64,000 nt of DNA from assembly GCF_018350175.1 (NCBI RefSeq), contig NC_058373.1, positions 109,246,001 through 109,310,000 of the forward strand, written 5' to 3'. Origin of the DNA: Felis catus. Lineage: Eukaryota. Of this stretch, positions 27,379 through 41,375 are shown in pieces (the first letter of the stretch is position 1; each line of letters begins with the position of its first letter). The translations under genes and the position numbers were made by a program. A model generated the notes under the pieces. That model did not search any database, was not told the DNA's origin, and saw only the letters and a list, made by a program, of their open reading frames with translations.

Positions 27379-30300
27379 ATAAGAAATGGTCACAAATAAA
27401 TCTCAAGAAAAATTTTAAAAGTTTTTGAACTAAATGAAAATGAAAATGCAACATATCAAAATTTGTGTGGCACAGGAAAGTAGTGCTTAGAGGGAAATTT
27501 ATAGCTTTGAATGCAAATAATAGAAAAGAAGAAAGATCTAAAATCAATAATCTAAACTTCTACCTTAGTAAACTGAAAAAAAGAAAAGAGAATTAAGTAC
27601 AAAGTAAACAAAAAGAAAAGACATAATGAAAATTAGAACAAAAAAATCAATGAAATTGAAAATAAGAAATCATAAGGGAAAATCAACAAAACCAAAAGCT
27701 TATTCTTTGAAAATATAGATAAAATTATTAAGATTCTAGCCACACTTACTAAGAAGAAAAAACAAAGAGAACACAAATTACTAATATGAGAAATGAAAGA
27801 GAGAACATCACTATAGGTATCATAGACATTAAAAGGCTAATAACAACAATAATAAGAGAATACTATGAATAAATCTAGAAGAAAAGGACCAATTCCTTGA
27901 AAGACTCAATCTGCCAAAACTCACACAAGAAAAAATAGACTATTTGAAGAGAACTGTGTCTACTAAACAAACTGATTAGACAATAGCCTTCCAAGACAGC
28001 ACAAGGCCCAGATAAGTTCATGGGTGAATTCTACCAAATATTTCAGAAAGAAATATAACAATTTTATACAGTCTTTTCTGGAAGATAGAACTAGATATGA
28101 TACTTCCTAACTTATCTTTTGGAATACAGGATTACCATAATGCCAAAATTAGACAAAGACATTATGAGAAAAGAAAACTACATACCAATATTTCTCATGA
28201 ACATAGATGAAAGAGTCCTTAACAAAATATTATAAATCACATCAAGCAATCTATAAAATAATTACACAATATGACCAAGTAAGATTTTTCTTAAGTATGC
28301 ACGGCTGGTTCAACACTAAAAAATAAATTAAGGTAAGACATAACATTACAGACTAAACAATAAAAATCGCATGATTACATGAATAGATGCAGAAAAACCA
28401 TTTAATAAAATATAATAGCCACTCATGATTAAAAAAAGAAAAAGAAACCTCCCAGAAAACAGGGAACAGAACTTCTTCAACTTGATAAAGAACATTTACA
28501 AAAAACCTACAGCTAACATTATAATCACATACATACAAGATGTATATATATGAGGAAAACCACAAAACTTTGATGAAAGAAATCAAAAAAGAACTAAATA
28601 AATGGAGTGATATCCCATGTTCATAAACAGGGATACTCAATATTGTCAAGATGTCAGTTCTTCTCAATTAGATCTATAGTTACAACACATTCCCAATCAA
28701 AATCCCACCAAGTTATTTTGTGGATATCAATAAGCTGATCCTAAAGTTTGTATGTAGAGGCAAAAATTGTGCAAAATAGCCAAGACAATTAAGAAGAATA
28801 AAGTCAGAGGGCAGATGCTACTCAACTTCAACATCTGCTATGAGTCTCTAGTAATCAAGACAGTGTGGTGGAAGTAGAGACAAATAAGTCCATGGGACAA
28901 AACAGAGAGGCCAGAAATAGACCCAAATAAATACAGTCAACTAATCCTTAACAAAGGAGCAAAGGCAGTACAATGGAGCAAAGATTCTCTTTTCAACAAA
29001 TGTTATAACTAGACATCCAAATGCAAAAACAATGAATCTAGACACAGGCCTTAAACCCTTCACAAAAATTCACTCAAGATGGATAATAGACCTAAATTTA
29101 AAACGCAAAACTATAAAACTTCTAGAAGATAATACGGGAGAAAATCTAGGTGACCTTGTGTATGGTGGTAATTTTTTAGATACACCAAAGGCGTGATCCA
29201 TAAAAGAAATAATTAATAAAATGAACTTCAGTAAAATTAAAACTCTGCTCTGTGAAAGATACTATCAAGAGAATAAGAAGACAAGCCACAGACCGAGAAG
29301 AGAAAATATTTGCAGAAGACATATCTGATAAAGGACTATTATATAAAATATACAAAGAAATCTTAAATTTCAACAAGGAGAAAATAAACAACTTGTTTAA
29401 AACATGAGCAAAAGATCTGAATAGACACCTAACCAAGGGAGACATTCAGATGGAAAATAAGCATATGAAAGGCTGTTCAACATCTTATGTTATTAGGGAA
29501 TTACAAATTAAAACGAGTTACCACTACACATCTATTAGGATGGCTAAAATCCAAAACACTGACAACACCAAATGCTTGTGAGGATGTGGATCAACAGGAA
29601 CTGTCATTAATTGCTGATGGAAATGTAAAATGGTACAGCCACTTTGGAAGCTAGTTCAGCAATTTCTTGCAAAATTGAACATAATCTCCCCAGATGATCC
29701 AGCAATTGTGCTTCTTGGAATTAACCCAAATGAGTTGATAACTTACTCCTACACAAAAACCTGCACACAAAGTTTGCAGCAGCTTTATTGATAATTGCCA
29801 AAACTTGGAAGCAACCAAGATGCCCTTCAATTGATGAATAGATAATAAACTGGTACATCTAGACAATGTAACATTATTGAGCTCCAAAAAGAAATGAGCT
29901 ATCAGCCACAAAAAGACATGAAGGAACCTTAAATACATATGAAAACCTGAAAGAAGCCAATCTGAAAAGACTATCTACTGTGTGACTCCAACCACATGAC
30001 ATTCTGGAAAATGCAAAACTATATAGACAGTAAAAGGATCAGTGATTGCTAGAGGGGAAGGGGAGGAAGGGATAAATAGGCAGAGCACAGAGGATTTTTA
30101 AGGCAGTGAAAGTATTCTGTATGATACTGTAATGGTGGATACATTTCATTATATATTTGTCCAAACCCAAAGAACATACAGCTATGGGTTTTGATAATAG
30201 TGTGTCAATGTAGCTTCATCAGTGGTAATAAATGTACCGCTCTGGTGGGGGATGTTGGTAATGGAGAGGCTAAGTGTATGTGGGGGCAATCTCTGCATGG

Positions 30301-31162
30301 AAAATCTCTATACCGTCCTCTCAATTTTGCTGTGAATTTAAAACTGCTCTTAAAAATAAAGTCTATTATCATCTGTGCAAACACACTGATAAGAAAAATC
30401 AATAAATTCCAAGGTGGACTGGCCAGTGTTTCTAAGGATCTAATTAGATTAAATGTAGGAAAACTAAAAAAAAAAAAAAAAAAAAGATGATGTAATCTCT
30501 ACCTATACCACTCAAACATTATTGCAAATTATCTGTAGGCTTTAATGAAAAAGTAATGGCAACCAAATTGTATTAAATAGCAATTTCTAACATGCTCTAT
30601 TTAGTTGAGGGTCTGAAATTCAACAGAAGTGAGAAAAAGAAATCAGAGGCTGAAAAAGTCACCAAAATCTATAAGTAAAATTAGCCTCTTTAATTTCCAA
30701 TTCTTGTTTTGATGGCTAGATAAAAAACAAAAAATATGCAATGTAAATATGTATGCCAAAACATAATAATGCATGTGACAACTTCATAAGCATAAACTGC
30801 AAATAATAATAATAATAATGTAGAAATGTTTTTCCATAAGCTTTTCAGAAAATTTAAAATATTTATATACTTCCACTTAGCAGTAGCTGACCGATCCATT
30901 TTGCCCCCTGAAACAATACATTAGTGATCTTTTTCCCAATTTCAATGTATCACGACCTAGTTTATCATGTTTAGTACTTACTAATACCACTCTCTGTCCT
31001 GTGTATATCAGGTTTCCTATGTCCACTTACACTATCAAATGGTGTTACCTGCAGCTGCCATATCTTTCCCTAATGCCCTATAATTCATTTCCAGGCCTCC
31101 CAGAAATCAGGTTCCGTGGACCACCCAGAGTGGCATTCAAACACACATACAAAAGAGCTTGA

Positions 31163-31411
31163 AATAAGATAAAAACAGAGAGGGAGACAAACCTTAAGAG
31201 ATTCATAAATACAGAAAATAAACTAAGGGTTGCTGGAGGGGAGGTGGGTGGAGAGATGGGTTAAGTGGGTGATGGGCATTAAGGTGGACACTTTTCTTCA
31301 GGACAAGCACTAGGTGTCCTATATAAAAGATAAAGCACTGGGTTCTACTCTTGAAGCCGAGACTATATGGTATGTTAATTAACTTGAATTTAAAGAAAAA
31401 AAGAAAAGAAA
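31163..31411 (+). mobile_element. 5'-truncated carnivore L1 3' UTR
   Basis: gagggagacaaacc, aactaagggttgctggagggg, gggtgatgggcattaagg and A tail. TSD aaaagagcttga. Confidence 0.88.
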
Positions 31412-31427
31412 AAAAGAGCTTGATTCT

Positions 31428-31588
31428 GGGGCACCTGAGGGCACAGTCTGTTGAGCAACTGACTTCAGAGCAGGTCATGAGCTCCTAGGTTCCCGCCTGC
31501 ATCCTCAGCTCAGAAATCCTGTCTCCCTCTCTCTCTGCCCTTCCCCCGCTCACGCTTTCTCCCTTAAAAAAGAATAATAAAAAAAAAA
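31428..31588 (+). mobile_element. Can-SINE, shortened
   Basis: ggggcacctgaggg head. TSD aaaagagcttgattct / aaaagtgcttgattct. Confidence 0.88.
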
Positions 31589-32429
31589 GTGCTTGATTCT
31601 ATTCCTTGGATTCCTCGTTACATTTTTACCCTGGGTTATGGTTTCTAGGAAATCTGCATTACGTCTTCTCAAACAGAACATTTTCCTCTAATGGACGCTG
31701 TCTTCCATGCCTCACCACTCTCTTACAGAATCACATATTCAGTTTGTGAATTCCTAGTAAATCAAATTACCTTCAGAGTGCACATCAACTGAAACAATGT
31801 TGAAAATAAAGAGTTATTAAGTCCTGCACCCGCATCACATTAAAGGATTAAACTGCTATTTTCAGATTCATACTCTCCTATTCCCAAGCCACCACCAGCT
31901 CACTTCATAAGTTTTATGTCATTGTACAATTTACTAAAACCTTGCTAATACGTCATTGCTTCAGGTCAGTGAGTCACTGATATGCACGAAGAATAATAAA
32001 GGATTACCAAGGAGATGGGCCACATTGTTCCCTATCACAGGTCTTAGAATCAAGCTGAGGGGAAAAAAAATACACAAAGGAAATAATAATATCCTCTCAG
32101 ATAGGAAAATTCTACAAGTAAAATTCACTCATGTCTCTATTCCCATTTATTCCTTATAACCACCCTGTGGTGTAAGTAATTGGGTATTCCTTCCTTTTTC
32201 TTACAGACACAGAAACTGAGAGCCAGAGTAACCATCCCAAAGGCTCACAACAAACATATCCTAAGGAAGGAATAAGACCCCAGGTCCCACAACAAATGGT
32301 ACAGTGTTCATGAGCACATACAAAGCAACAAAAGAAAAATAACTTCAATTACATTAATGTGCACTCATGTACATAAATGAAGATGAAATACAATGAAGAT
32401 ATTCGTTAGAGTTGCTTTGGAATAATTAC

Positions 32430-32823
32430 TTTTTTAAAAAAGGCCCAAAATGGGAGTCACTTGTGCTAAGCCCGCCCGTGTCACGGAACCGAGACTTAAC
32501 ACCAACTTGATTGCAGTTTCAGCCTCTCCCAGGAATGTAATCTTAACCAGTCCATCTGGAATTACCTGGTCAGCACTAATGAAGTAACCTGCCTGATAGA
32601 CCCCTGGCCTTCCCCTAAATGAAGGTGACGTTGCCTGAAATAACCCACTCTTTGCTAATTATGTCTTTGTCTTGCCCCCTTCTGCCTATAAAAGTCTTCT
32701 GTGTTGTACAGCTCCTCAGAGCTCCTTTCTATTTGCTAGATGGGAAGTTGCCCAACTCATGAATCATTGAATAAAGCCAGTATGGCCTTGAAAATTTACT
32801 CGGCTGAATCTTGCTTTTTAACA
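32430..32823 (+). mobile_element. ERV1-class solo LTR
   Basis: TATAAAA at 32687-32693, AATAAA at 32770-32775, and a TTAACA end give an LTR layout. The 5' edge is approximate. Confidence 0.7.
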
Positions 32824-33012
32824 TAATGTAGGAAGGTTTCCCTGAAGAAGTATGTTCCAGAAAGTTGGATGTCATATAATAGATAATACAGAGTTGATCC
32901 ACAGGAACTAAACCAGAAAGAAGCCAAAAATGGATAAAATAATGTGATCAAAGAAACTGATGGACATGTGGGTACATCTAAATAAGTACTGAAATTAAAT
33001 AAGACAACAATT

Positions 33013-33170
33013 GGGGCACCTGGGTAGCTCAGTCAATTAAGCAACCAATTCTTGGTTTCCACTCGGGTCATGATCTCATGGTTCATGAGTTTGAGTCCTG
33101 CATTGGGCTCCACACTGACCATGCGGAGACTGCTTGGGATTCTCTCTCTGCTCCTCCCCGGCTCACGATC

Positions 33171-33216
<46 letters not shown>

Positions 33217-33280
33217 ACTCTCGCTCTCTCGCTTTTGCTCTCACTCTCTCTCTAAGAAATAAACTTTCAATAAATAAATA
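33013..33280 (+). mobile_element. Can-SINE with long (CT)n
   Basis: TSD aaataagacaacaat / aaataagactacaat. Confidence 0.9.
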
Positions 33281-33446
33281 AGACTACAATATAATAATTA
33301 AAAGGGAAAGTTAAAAAATATAGATGCAAAATACAAGACAATAATAATTTCAAAGATGAGATGAACAAAGGTCCTTGAATTAATTAGGAAAAGAGTAAAG
33401 ATACTAATAAGCCACAAAATGATGCTAGAAATGTTAAGAGTAATCA

Positions 33447-33600
33447 GGGGCACCTGGGTGGCTCAGTGGGTTGAGCATCCCACATTGGCTCAGATCATAA
33501 TCTCATGGTTCGTGACTTCAAGCCCCATATTAGGCTGTGTGCTGTCAGTGCAAAGCCTGCATCAGATCCTCTGTCCCCCTTTCCTTCTGCCCCTTCCCCA

Positions 33601-33631
<31 letters not shown>

Positions 33632-33695
33632 CCTTTCTCTCTCTCAAAAATAAACATTTAAAAATAAATAAGTAAAATTTTAAAATATTTTTAAA
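33447..33695 (+). mobile_element. Can-SINE
   Basis: Long TSD agaaatgttaagagtaatca. Confidence 0.92.
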
Positions 33696-33935
33696 AAGAA
33701 ATGTTAAGAGTAATCAATTCACAGAAAAACTTCCAAACTAATGGAAGATATCCAGTAGGTGAGAGAAAAAAATCAATCCAAAAAATAGAAGAAAAAAGAA
33801 AAAAGGAACAAAAACAGAGAGAAAATAACAAAGGTATTTTAAAGTAGAGAATAAAATTCTTTACGTAAATAAAAATGCAATTAATCTCAAAATATATGCA
33901 TAGATTAAGCTTGTCAGTCAAGACTCTCAGAATTT

Positions 33936-34040
33936 ACTGCTTCCAATTCTGTGTCTCCCTCTCTGTCTGCCCTCCCCTGCTTGCTCTCTGTCTCTGTCTC
34001 TCCCTCTCTCTCTCTCAAAAAAATAATATACATTTTTTAA
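33936..34040 (+). mobile_element. 5'-truncated Can-SINE
   Basis: Only the ctgcttccaattctgtgtctccctc...CT tract and tail remain. Confidence 0.85.
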
Positions 34041-34053
34041 AAAGCCTCTCAGA

Positions 34054-34280
34054 GGGGCGCCTGGGTGGCGCAGTCGGTTAAGCATCCGACTTCAGCCAGG
34101 TCACGATCTCGCGGTCCGTGAGTTCGAGCCCCGCGTCAGGCTCTGGGCTGATGGCTCGGAGCCTGGAGCCTGTTTCCGATTCTGTGTCTCCCTCTCTCTC
34201 TGCCCCTCCCCCGTTCATGCTCTGTCTCTCTCTGTCCCAAAAATAAAATAAAAAACGTTGAAAAAAAAAATTAAAAAAAA
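34054..34280 (+). mobile_element. Young felid SINE (SINEC_Fc type)
   Basis: CpG-rich. TSD aaagcctctcaga. Confidence 0.96.
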
Positions 34281-34459
34281 AAGCCTCTCAGAATCTATAT
34301 AAGATAAAGATACAGCTAGAGTTTAATAATCTATAATAATAAAATTTAAAAGATATATCTATATATGCCAATACTAAATGAAAGCTAATTTAGCTTTGTT
34401 GATATCAAGTTAAATAGATCTTGAACAAAAACAATCATTAAGGACAAAGAAAGTTAGAC

Positions 34460-34960
34460 AACAATGTTGAGGAAATCTCCCAGACAATATAGCAAAAATA
34501 GAAAGTGTTGGAAAATTGGAGAGAAGAAAAAAGAAAACTAGAAGGCCAGTCCAATCCATATAATGTCTGAATAAAAGGAATACCAGCAAGAGAAAAGTGA
34601 GGAGAAGGGTGGAGAAAATAACTTCAGGAAAAAGAAATTAAGACATAAGACACACTTTTCCAGATTGAAAAGGGCCACCATCAGTGCCCAATAAAACTGA
34701 TGAAAATGGACCCCACACTAAGGCCTATCATCAGAAAGTTTCAAAATCCAGAGACAAAGAGAGCACACCAAACTTCCAGAAAGAGAGAACAGGTGACATG
34801 TAAAAGGGCCAAAATCCTAGTGGTTACAAGTTTCTTAACAGTTTTTAGAAGATGGACTACAATGACATTATGTCTTTCAAAATTCTGAGGAGAAATTCTC
34901 TCTAGCCTAGAATGTTATAAGTAGCCAAATGGTCAATCATGTGGGAGGTGGGAGCAAAAA
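34460..34960 (+). mobile_element. Ancient L1 ORF1-like / HAL1-like remnant
   Basis: ccagattgaaaagggccacc, cccacactaaggcctatcatc and tcaaaattctgaggagaaat...cctagaat are ORF1 C-terminal motifs. Confidence 0.65.
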
Positions 34961-34987
34961 GATTTGTTTAAGAAAATGATGTTGATA

Positions 34988-35212
34988 GGGGCACCGGGTG
35001 GCTCAGTCGGTTGAGCTTCTGACTTCGGCTCAGGTCACGATCTCATAGTTCGTGAGTTCGAGCCCTACGTCGGGCTCTGTGCTGACAGCTCAGAGCCTGG
35101 AGTTTGCTTGGGATTCTGTATCTCCCTCTCTCACTGTGCCCCTCCCTCATTCATGCTCTGTCTCTTTCTCTCTCTCAAGAATACATAAAACATTAAAAAA
35201 AATTTTTTTTTA
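34988..35212 (+). mobile_element. Can-SINE
   Basis: TSD aaatgatgttgatag. Confidence 0.93.
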
Positions 35213-35561
35213 AATGATGTTGATAGAATATTGCTTGCATCGATGTAATGAGAGAACATTTAAACAATTGGCAGAGAGCTTAGTGTTTGAATTAGTGATA
35301 AGTACATAAAACCAAGCAAACAATAAACCCAGACATTTATTAATGCTCGGGAAAATGTAAAGTGCAGGAAAACAATCATAGCATGTTTAAGGTTCCATAT
35401 CTGTAGTAATAATGTTGTGAACACTTAATATTTATTGAACCAAAAGGATGATATACCTGTATTGTGAGAACTAGGTGATGGGAAAAGTGCATGGACATAG
35501 TAAGAGTAGGGAGAAAATGCCATTTGCGAAGTCAAAGACAAGGCCTCAAACTGAAAAATCA

Positions 35562-35695
35562 GGGACACCTGGGGGGGCTCAGTCAGTTAAGCATCTGACT
35601 CGATCTCAGCTCGGGTCTTGATCTCAGGGTCATGAGTTCAAGCTCCGATACTTTAAAGAACAATTAAAAATTAAAAAAAAGAAAAAGAAAAGAAA
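35562..35695 (+). mobile_element. Short Can-SINE (tRNA head plus A tail)
   Basis: The head runs to gagttcaagctcc, followed by an A-rich tail. Confidence 0.8.
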
Positions 35696-35919
35696 AACCA
35701 AGAGGTAGGTAGGTAATCTTGTTGTTTGTTGACATGCAAGCAATAATAAAAGAATCTCCTAAACAATGCGAAAGTGGTTGGCTCTAGGGTTGTTGTTTTT
35801 TTTTTTTTTTTTTCCAAAATGAGGTAATGTCAATCATTCTGCATAGAAGTTTTACCAATTTACCTTCCCCTTGGGCAATGTATGAGAATACCCACACGTT
35901 CACTTTATTAGTTCACGTC

Positions 35920-36507
35920 CCCTACAGAGTGCTGCCAAGTCAGGGTTACATGTGCAAGAGTTCTACTGAGATGAATACCTGGGAAAGATAAAGGAAAGAG
36001 GGAGGAGGCTTCAGACCACAATGCAGGTCTGACACGTCTGAAGAGGTATTGGGTAGAACAGTCTCAGACCACAGTACAGGTAAATGGGGAGCCCCAGAGC
36101 AAATGCTACTCAATAGAGGAGTTCTCCATTGAGCAGGAGTCGACTAACTATACTGTTTACCACCATTCTTAATTATTGGCTAAGAGTAGCCTTGGGGAAA
36201 TATGGCTTCAGTGTATGAAATGCAACAGATCAGAAAATGCAGCAGCTGTCAGTCAAAAAAAAAAAAGCCTTTATTCATACCATTTGTGTCTTTCTGGGTG
36301 TAAATACTCCCACTGCGGCCATGGCCACTTTCAAGCTACTAGTGTGACAGTGTGATAACTCACTGAATGAATGCTAAGTTCGAAAAAGATGCTAACAGTT
36401 GTCTTTCCCAAACCAAGATCTGGTTCCAGGAAGCTATGAATTGTGCTCTGGGTAGCAGGTTTTCATGAAGGAAGATCTGAGCAGTGCACCTTCTTAGCCA
36501 CCATACT
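35920..36507 (-). mobile_element. ERVL LTR16-like relic interrupted by a MER63-like hAT fragment (about 36268-36430)
   Basis: cagaccacaatgcaggtctgacac and gggagccccagagcaaa (LTR16-like); gtgtaaatactccc...tttcaagctac (MER63-like). Recalled consensus only. Confidence 0.55.
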
Positions 36508-36529
36508 CACCATCCTAGTGTGTTAGCAA

Positions 36530-36599
36530 AGTTTTTGTTTGGTTTTTGGTTTTGTTTGGGGTTTTTTTTTTTGGTGTTTTCTTTTGTTTTGTGTTTTTT

Positions 36600-36645
<46 letters not shown>

Positions 36646-36805
36646 AATCGCATGTGGGGGAGGCACAAAAGGAGAGAGAGAATCTTAAGCAGGCTCCGAG
36701 CTCAGCAGGTACCCTGATGTGGGGCTTGATCCCATGACCATGAGATCATGACCTGAGCAGAAATCAAGAGTCCAACGCTCAACCAACTGAGCCACCCAGG
36801 TACCC
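36530..36805 (-). mobile_element. Can-SINE (sense to KCNH5) with (GA)n
   Basis: Ends in ccaactgagccacccaggtaccc. Confidence 0.9.
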
Positions 36806-38222
36806 AAACTAAGCTTTGCTTGTAACAACCTGAAAATGGTATGTCAGTGTATAGTTTTATTTTGCATTTTACTTAATATGCATGAGGCTGAGGATCTCTT
36901 GATATATTTATATATTATGTCAAATACATTTATTATTTTGTAACACATTTATGCATCTTCCCTTTTATGAGCTGAGCCAATCTTTTGATTCTTGTTATTA
37001 AAATATTGGTGTCTATGTTCTAAATGACTGACATCTTAATATATAAATTCATATAGTAAGTGAAATATAACTTCTATCATCTCCTTATCATATTTAACAT
37101 TTTCAAAATAAACTCCTCTCAACCCTTTCCAGAGGGTAAATAGGAAAGAAATAAATGTACCTTTAAAAGCTTGATGTAAATGGAATCTAAAATTATAAAA
37201 TAATTTACTATCATTGCTCTTTTTTCTGTAATTTTTAAACTAATGTGTATGGCATCAAAACACAATGTCTGCACTTAACTTTCAGGGAAATAGGGTTTTT
37301 TTAATAATATTAAAGTTAAGTGAACATAGAAATTGTATGGAAAAAAGTCACCGAATAGTTTCTATCTACCTCCCAACATACATGGAATAACAACAACAAT
37401 GTAGTGGAGAATTTTCCATCTGAGCAGCTGACAAGGACAGAGTAGAATCTTTAGGGAAATTAAGTTTGTAATATTATCATTATGACCATATTTTAATAAT
37501 AGATGCATTCTATATTGACTCATTTTTATGTTATTAGTTGAGATTATTGGTTGCATCCTATTAGCTTGAGGTAGCAAGTTGAAAATCATCCACTATTAAG
37601 TTAGAAGTTAGGAAGCTCTGGATAAAGTGGTCTTTTAAGACATTACCTATTTTAAGTATTTGTAATTGTATAGATAACACACTGAATGAGCAGAACCTTG
37701 AACTAGACCAGACATCAGAAATCATCCAATATAGTCTCTAGCCACAAATGTGCTTAGACAAAATTTAAAGCAGAGGCTATAAAGAAAACCCAAAAAGGCA
37801 AAAATTTAAGACTTTTCCATAAACTTTTTTTCATATTATCTCAATCAAGCACTGCTACCATGTATATCTGGAGAGGAGGAGACAAAAGATCTATGTATGC
37901 ATAGCGTTTTAAAATGCTACAGTTTTCCAAAGAAAATACATCTGTTTCATATCTTTTAGTCAATTACCTAGTTCATAAACTGTTTTGCCCCAAATGCTAC
38001 GACTTTTCTTCTGTTCCACCTCCTCCAACCACAACCTCCACTTTTCAAACCACAATTTCCAACCACAACCACTGTCCCAGTAATTGGTATTATCAACCAG
38101 AAAGCAAGAAAAGGAAGCAGATGAAAATTAACATTAAGTAATTGAATATTACAATTTATGGCAAGTAGGGTGAAGGCTGAACATGTGGCTAAAAAGAAGT
38201 TTCGATTATCTGTAAACTTTTA

Positions 38223-38672
<450 letters not shown>

Positions 38673-40094
38673 CTAAAAGAGAGACAATGTGCATATAAAT
38701 GACTTGGACATCTCTGTACAGTTAGTAATGACTTCAAACTCACCAAAACTCAAACCACAGCATAGTTTTCATGACTCCTGGTTTCCAGACTAATCACACC
38801 CCATAGTTCTGTCTCCCACTTCTGAGTTGTACCAAAGTTTGTTCAAAGGAAGTTAATCTGCTGTTCCACCTGGCTTTCTCTCCAGTGGCCAAATATTGGT
38901 TCACAAACTGGCCCCCAAACACCAAGGGCAAGAAGAAACCAAAGAAAAAGGCAGACCACACCATACTGTTAGGTGGAAGGTTTAATAAGCTAGGGAACAT
39001 ACCTATGAGGCTTGTGGCAGGAAGCCATGAGACTAGTAGATATCTACCACCCACCCACCAGAATCTTAAAAGATTAAGAGATGCCCTGGTCCAGTTACAT
39101 ATATCATCCAATGGTCCCCAAAACATCCTATTCTTTCAGCGCTATGTCCTTGAAAATGGTTCCCACTATGGGAACGGTGGGTAGAATGTACATTCGAAGG
39201 ACAGGAATGAGAAGCCTTCAATTGCCTGGGTTCAGCTCAAGAGTCAACCAGCAGTCACATCCTCTTGATGACTTCCTCCAACACCAACATTGATCCACAG
39301 CACTGCTGGAATCCACTTCTGAGACTGCATTCTGTACACTCACTTGCAAGCCTGCCTAAAATCACATCTCTAACTGATTATCCAGCACTTATTTGGGTGA
39401 CTCACTGTTATCCATTCTTCACACATATTTAGCACCTCAGAGAGCATAACTTTGATTCTGATGGCCTCGCTGAACCCCAGGACCACACTGTTGGTGATCT
39501 TGCTGTTGAGTGGGACTCAGCAAGGGCCCTAATGATTGGCATAGTGATATCAGGGTTGTAAATATTATAGCCTACTTTTTCCTTTTCTCCCTTCAACCAG
39601 GACTTGAAGAACTCTGTTTTCTGCCCAGATGAATGTTCTCTTTAGGGAAAAAAAAAATGCTAAATACTCAGGTTTGCTTCTCTATACCTTTTTGGACAAA
39701 TGGAAAATTTTCACTGCAAGGTTATATGAACCTTGACTTACTCTAAGCAGGTCTAATTAAAGAGGCAAAGACAAAAAGCAGATGACAGAGCAAGAGCAGA
39801 AGGCTGGGCAGCACTGGGCAAAAGTAACAAACACTGACTTAGCATTGTTTTGCAGAACATGGAACCTGGAAATTGTGAAAAGGAGTTGAAAGAATAGATC
39901 CGAGAGCTCTGCTCCATGCCATCAATGAAGCTAAGGCTGAGTGAACCTATATGTAAGGAGTTTATAAATGTGACTTTCATAAATAGTATTTCCAGCAGCT
40001 TTGTCATATTATATATCCAATTATTCAGTGTCTCCAGGGCTAATGGGGTCCAGTAGGAGTCAAAGGGTTACCATAAAATCATAAGTGCATCAAT

Positions 40095-40306
40095 ATTTTT
40101 TTTTAAGTTTATTTATTTTTGAGACAGAGAGAGACAGAGCATGAATGGGGCAGGGCCAGAGAGAGAGGGAGACACAGAATCTGAAGCAGGCTCCAGGCTC
40201 TGAGCTGTCAGCACAGAGCCCGACGCAGGGCTGGAACTCACAGAGCGGGAGATCACGACCTGAGCCGAAGTCAGACGCTTAACCAACTGAGCCAACCAGG
40301 CGCCCC
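40095..40306 (-). mobile_element. Can-SINE (sense to KCNH5)
   Basis: TSD aagtgcatcaatattt / aaatgcatcaatattt. Confidence 0.93.
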
Positions 40307-40879
40307 TAAATGCATCAATATTTGAATGTAAAAATAGATATAAACAAAAATACCTACTAGCATGTAACTCATAAGCCGCAAAGCAAAGCAAATATACTAG
40401 CACTTCTTGAAACTTGAGAGAGAATTATCCTGAAAAGTTTCTCTCATGCATAGAACTTACATAACTGAAAACTATGTATATAATACCCATCATTAATATT
40501 TTGAAACATAAAAAACATCACTGGTATTCTCTTTAGTTGTGTATTAAAACTATTGTTATTAGTTTGGGGGCTATAAGAACTATTTCTAAAGATTTTTATG
40601 TATTTATCCTCATTATCAGTGCCCAGCCATATTTGTCCCATAAGGTCTTAAATTACTTGGCAGCAAATTTTCTTACCAGGAATGAAAGCTTCATTTGGGG
40701 ATAGAGCTTTATATATATAATCATGGTTTCTCTCTCACTTTACAACCAATGGTCTATCCATTCCAACTTCACTGTATTAGACATGAAAACTTTCTTCAAA
40801 GTCAATGTTAATATTTTACCATCTATATCTACACAGACCATAGACTGAGCACAAAGAAAGTAAACCTAGAAAATAAACT

Positions 40880-41167
40880 CAGTGCCAGGGTGTATTATGA
40901 CCTTCATGGGCCCTGAGCATTTTTGCTTTCCTGGACCCTTCCTCCAAAAAATATAAAATAAACTAGGAGCACCTGGGATGCTCAGTTGGCTAAGCATCCA
41001 ACTCTTGATTTCAGGTCAGGTCCTGATCTCACGGTTCATGGGATCAAGTCCTGTGTTGGGCTCTGCACTAACAGCATGGAGGCTACTTAGTATTCTCTCT
41101 CTCTCTGCCCATCCCTGCTCTCTCTCTCACTCTCCCTCTCTCTCTCAAAATAAACATTTAAAAATAA

Positions 41168-41203
<36 letters not shown>

Positions 41204-41375
41204 AAATTGCATTTTACAACTGCATTGTTGCAAAAAATAAATTAATATTATATATTCAATTTTTTAACCTAAAAGTTTAATTTTTCCTTCTACTGTTAAT
41301 AGAAATTCAAACATCCCATAGACCCCTAAAAGCACTGTAGCCCCACACACTGTGTTTATAGACAAGCCTGCCCTG
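40880..41375 (+). mobile_element. hAT MER96B-like relic interrupted by a SINE
   Basis: CAG...CCCTG ends; gggccctgagcatttttgc...cttcctcca and cccctaaaag motifs. Confidence 0.6.
40966..41202 (+). mobile_element. Can-SINE with (GATA)n tail
   Basis: Head, body, and (GATA)n at about 41170-41202. Confidence 0.9.

Larger units (their letters stand above)
26400..30367 (+). mobile_element. Degenerate L1 (L1MC-like): ORF2 remnant with internal deletions plus 3' UTR
   Basis: EN/RT-region motifs (aatggaattaagctagaaatcaac, gggtgaattctaccaaatattt, tagatgcagaaaaaccattt) and 3' end ctcaattttgctgtgaatttaaaactgctcttaaaaataaagtctatt. Many stops. Confidence 0.9.

Noticed and set aside
38794..39293. Overlapping 70-110 aa ORFs just upstream of exon 6
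   Set aside because: No recognisable homology or splice structure. Possibly decayed repeat sequence that I cannot name.
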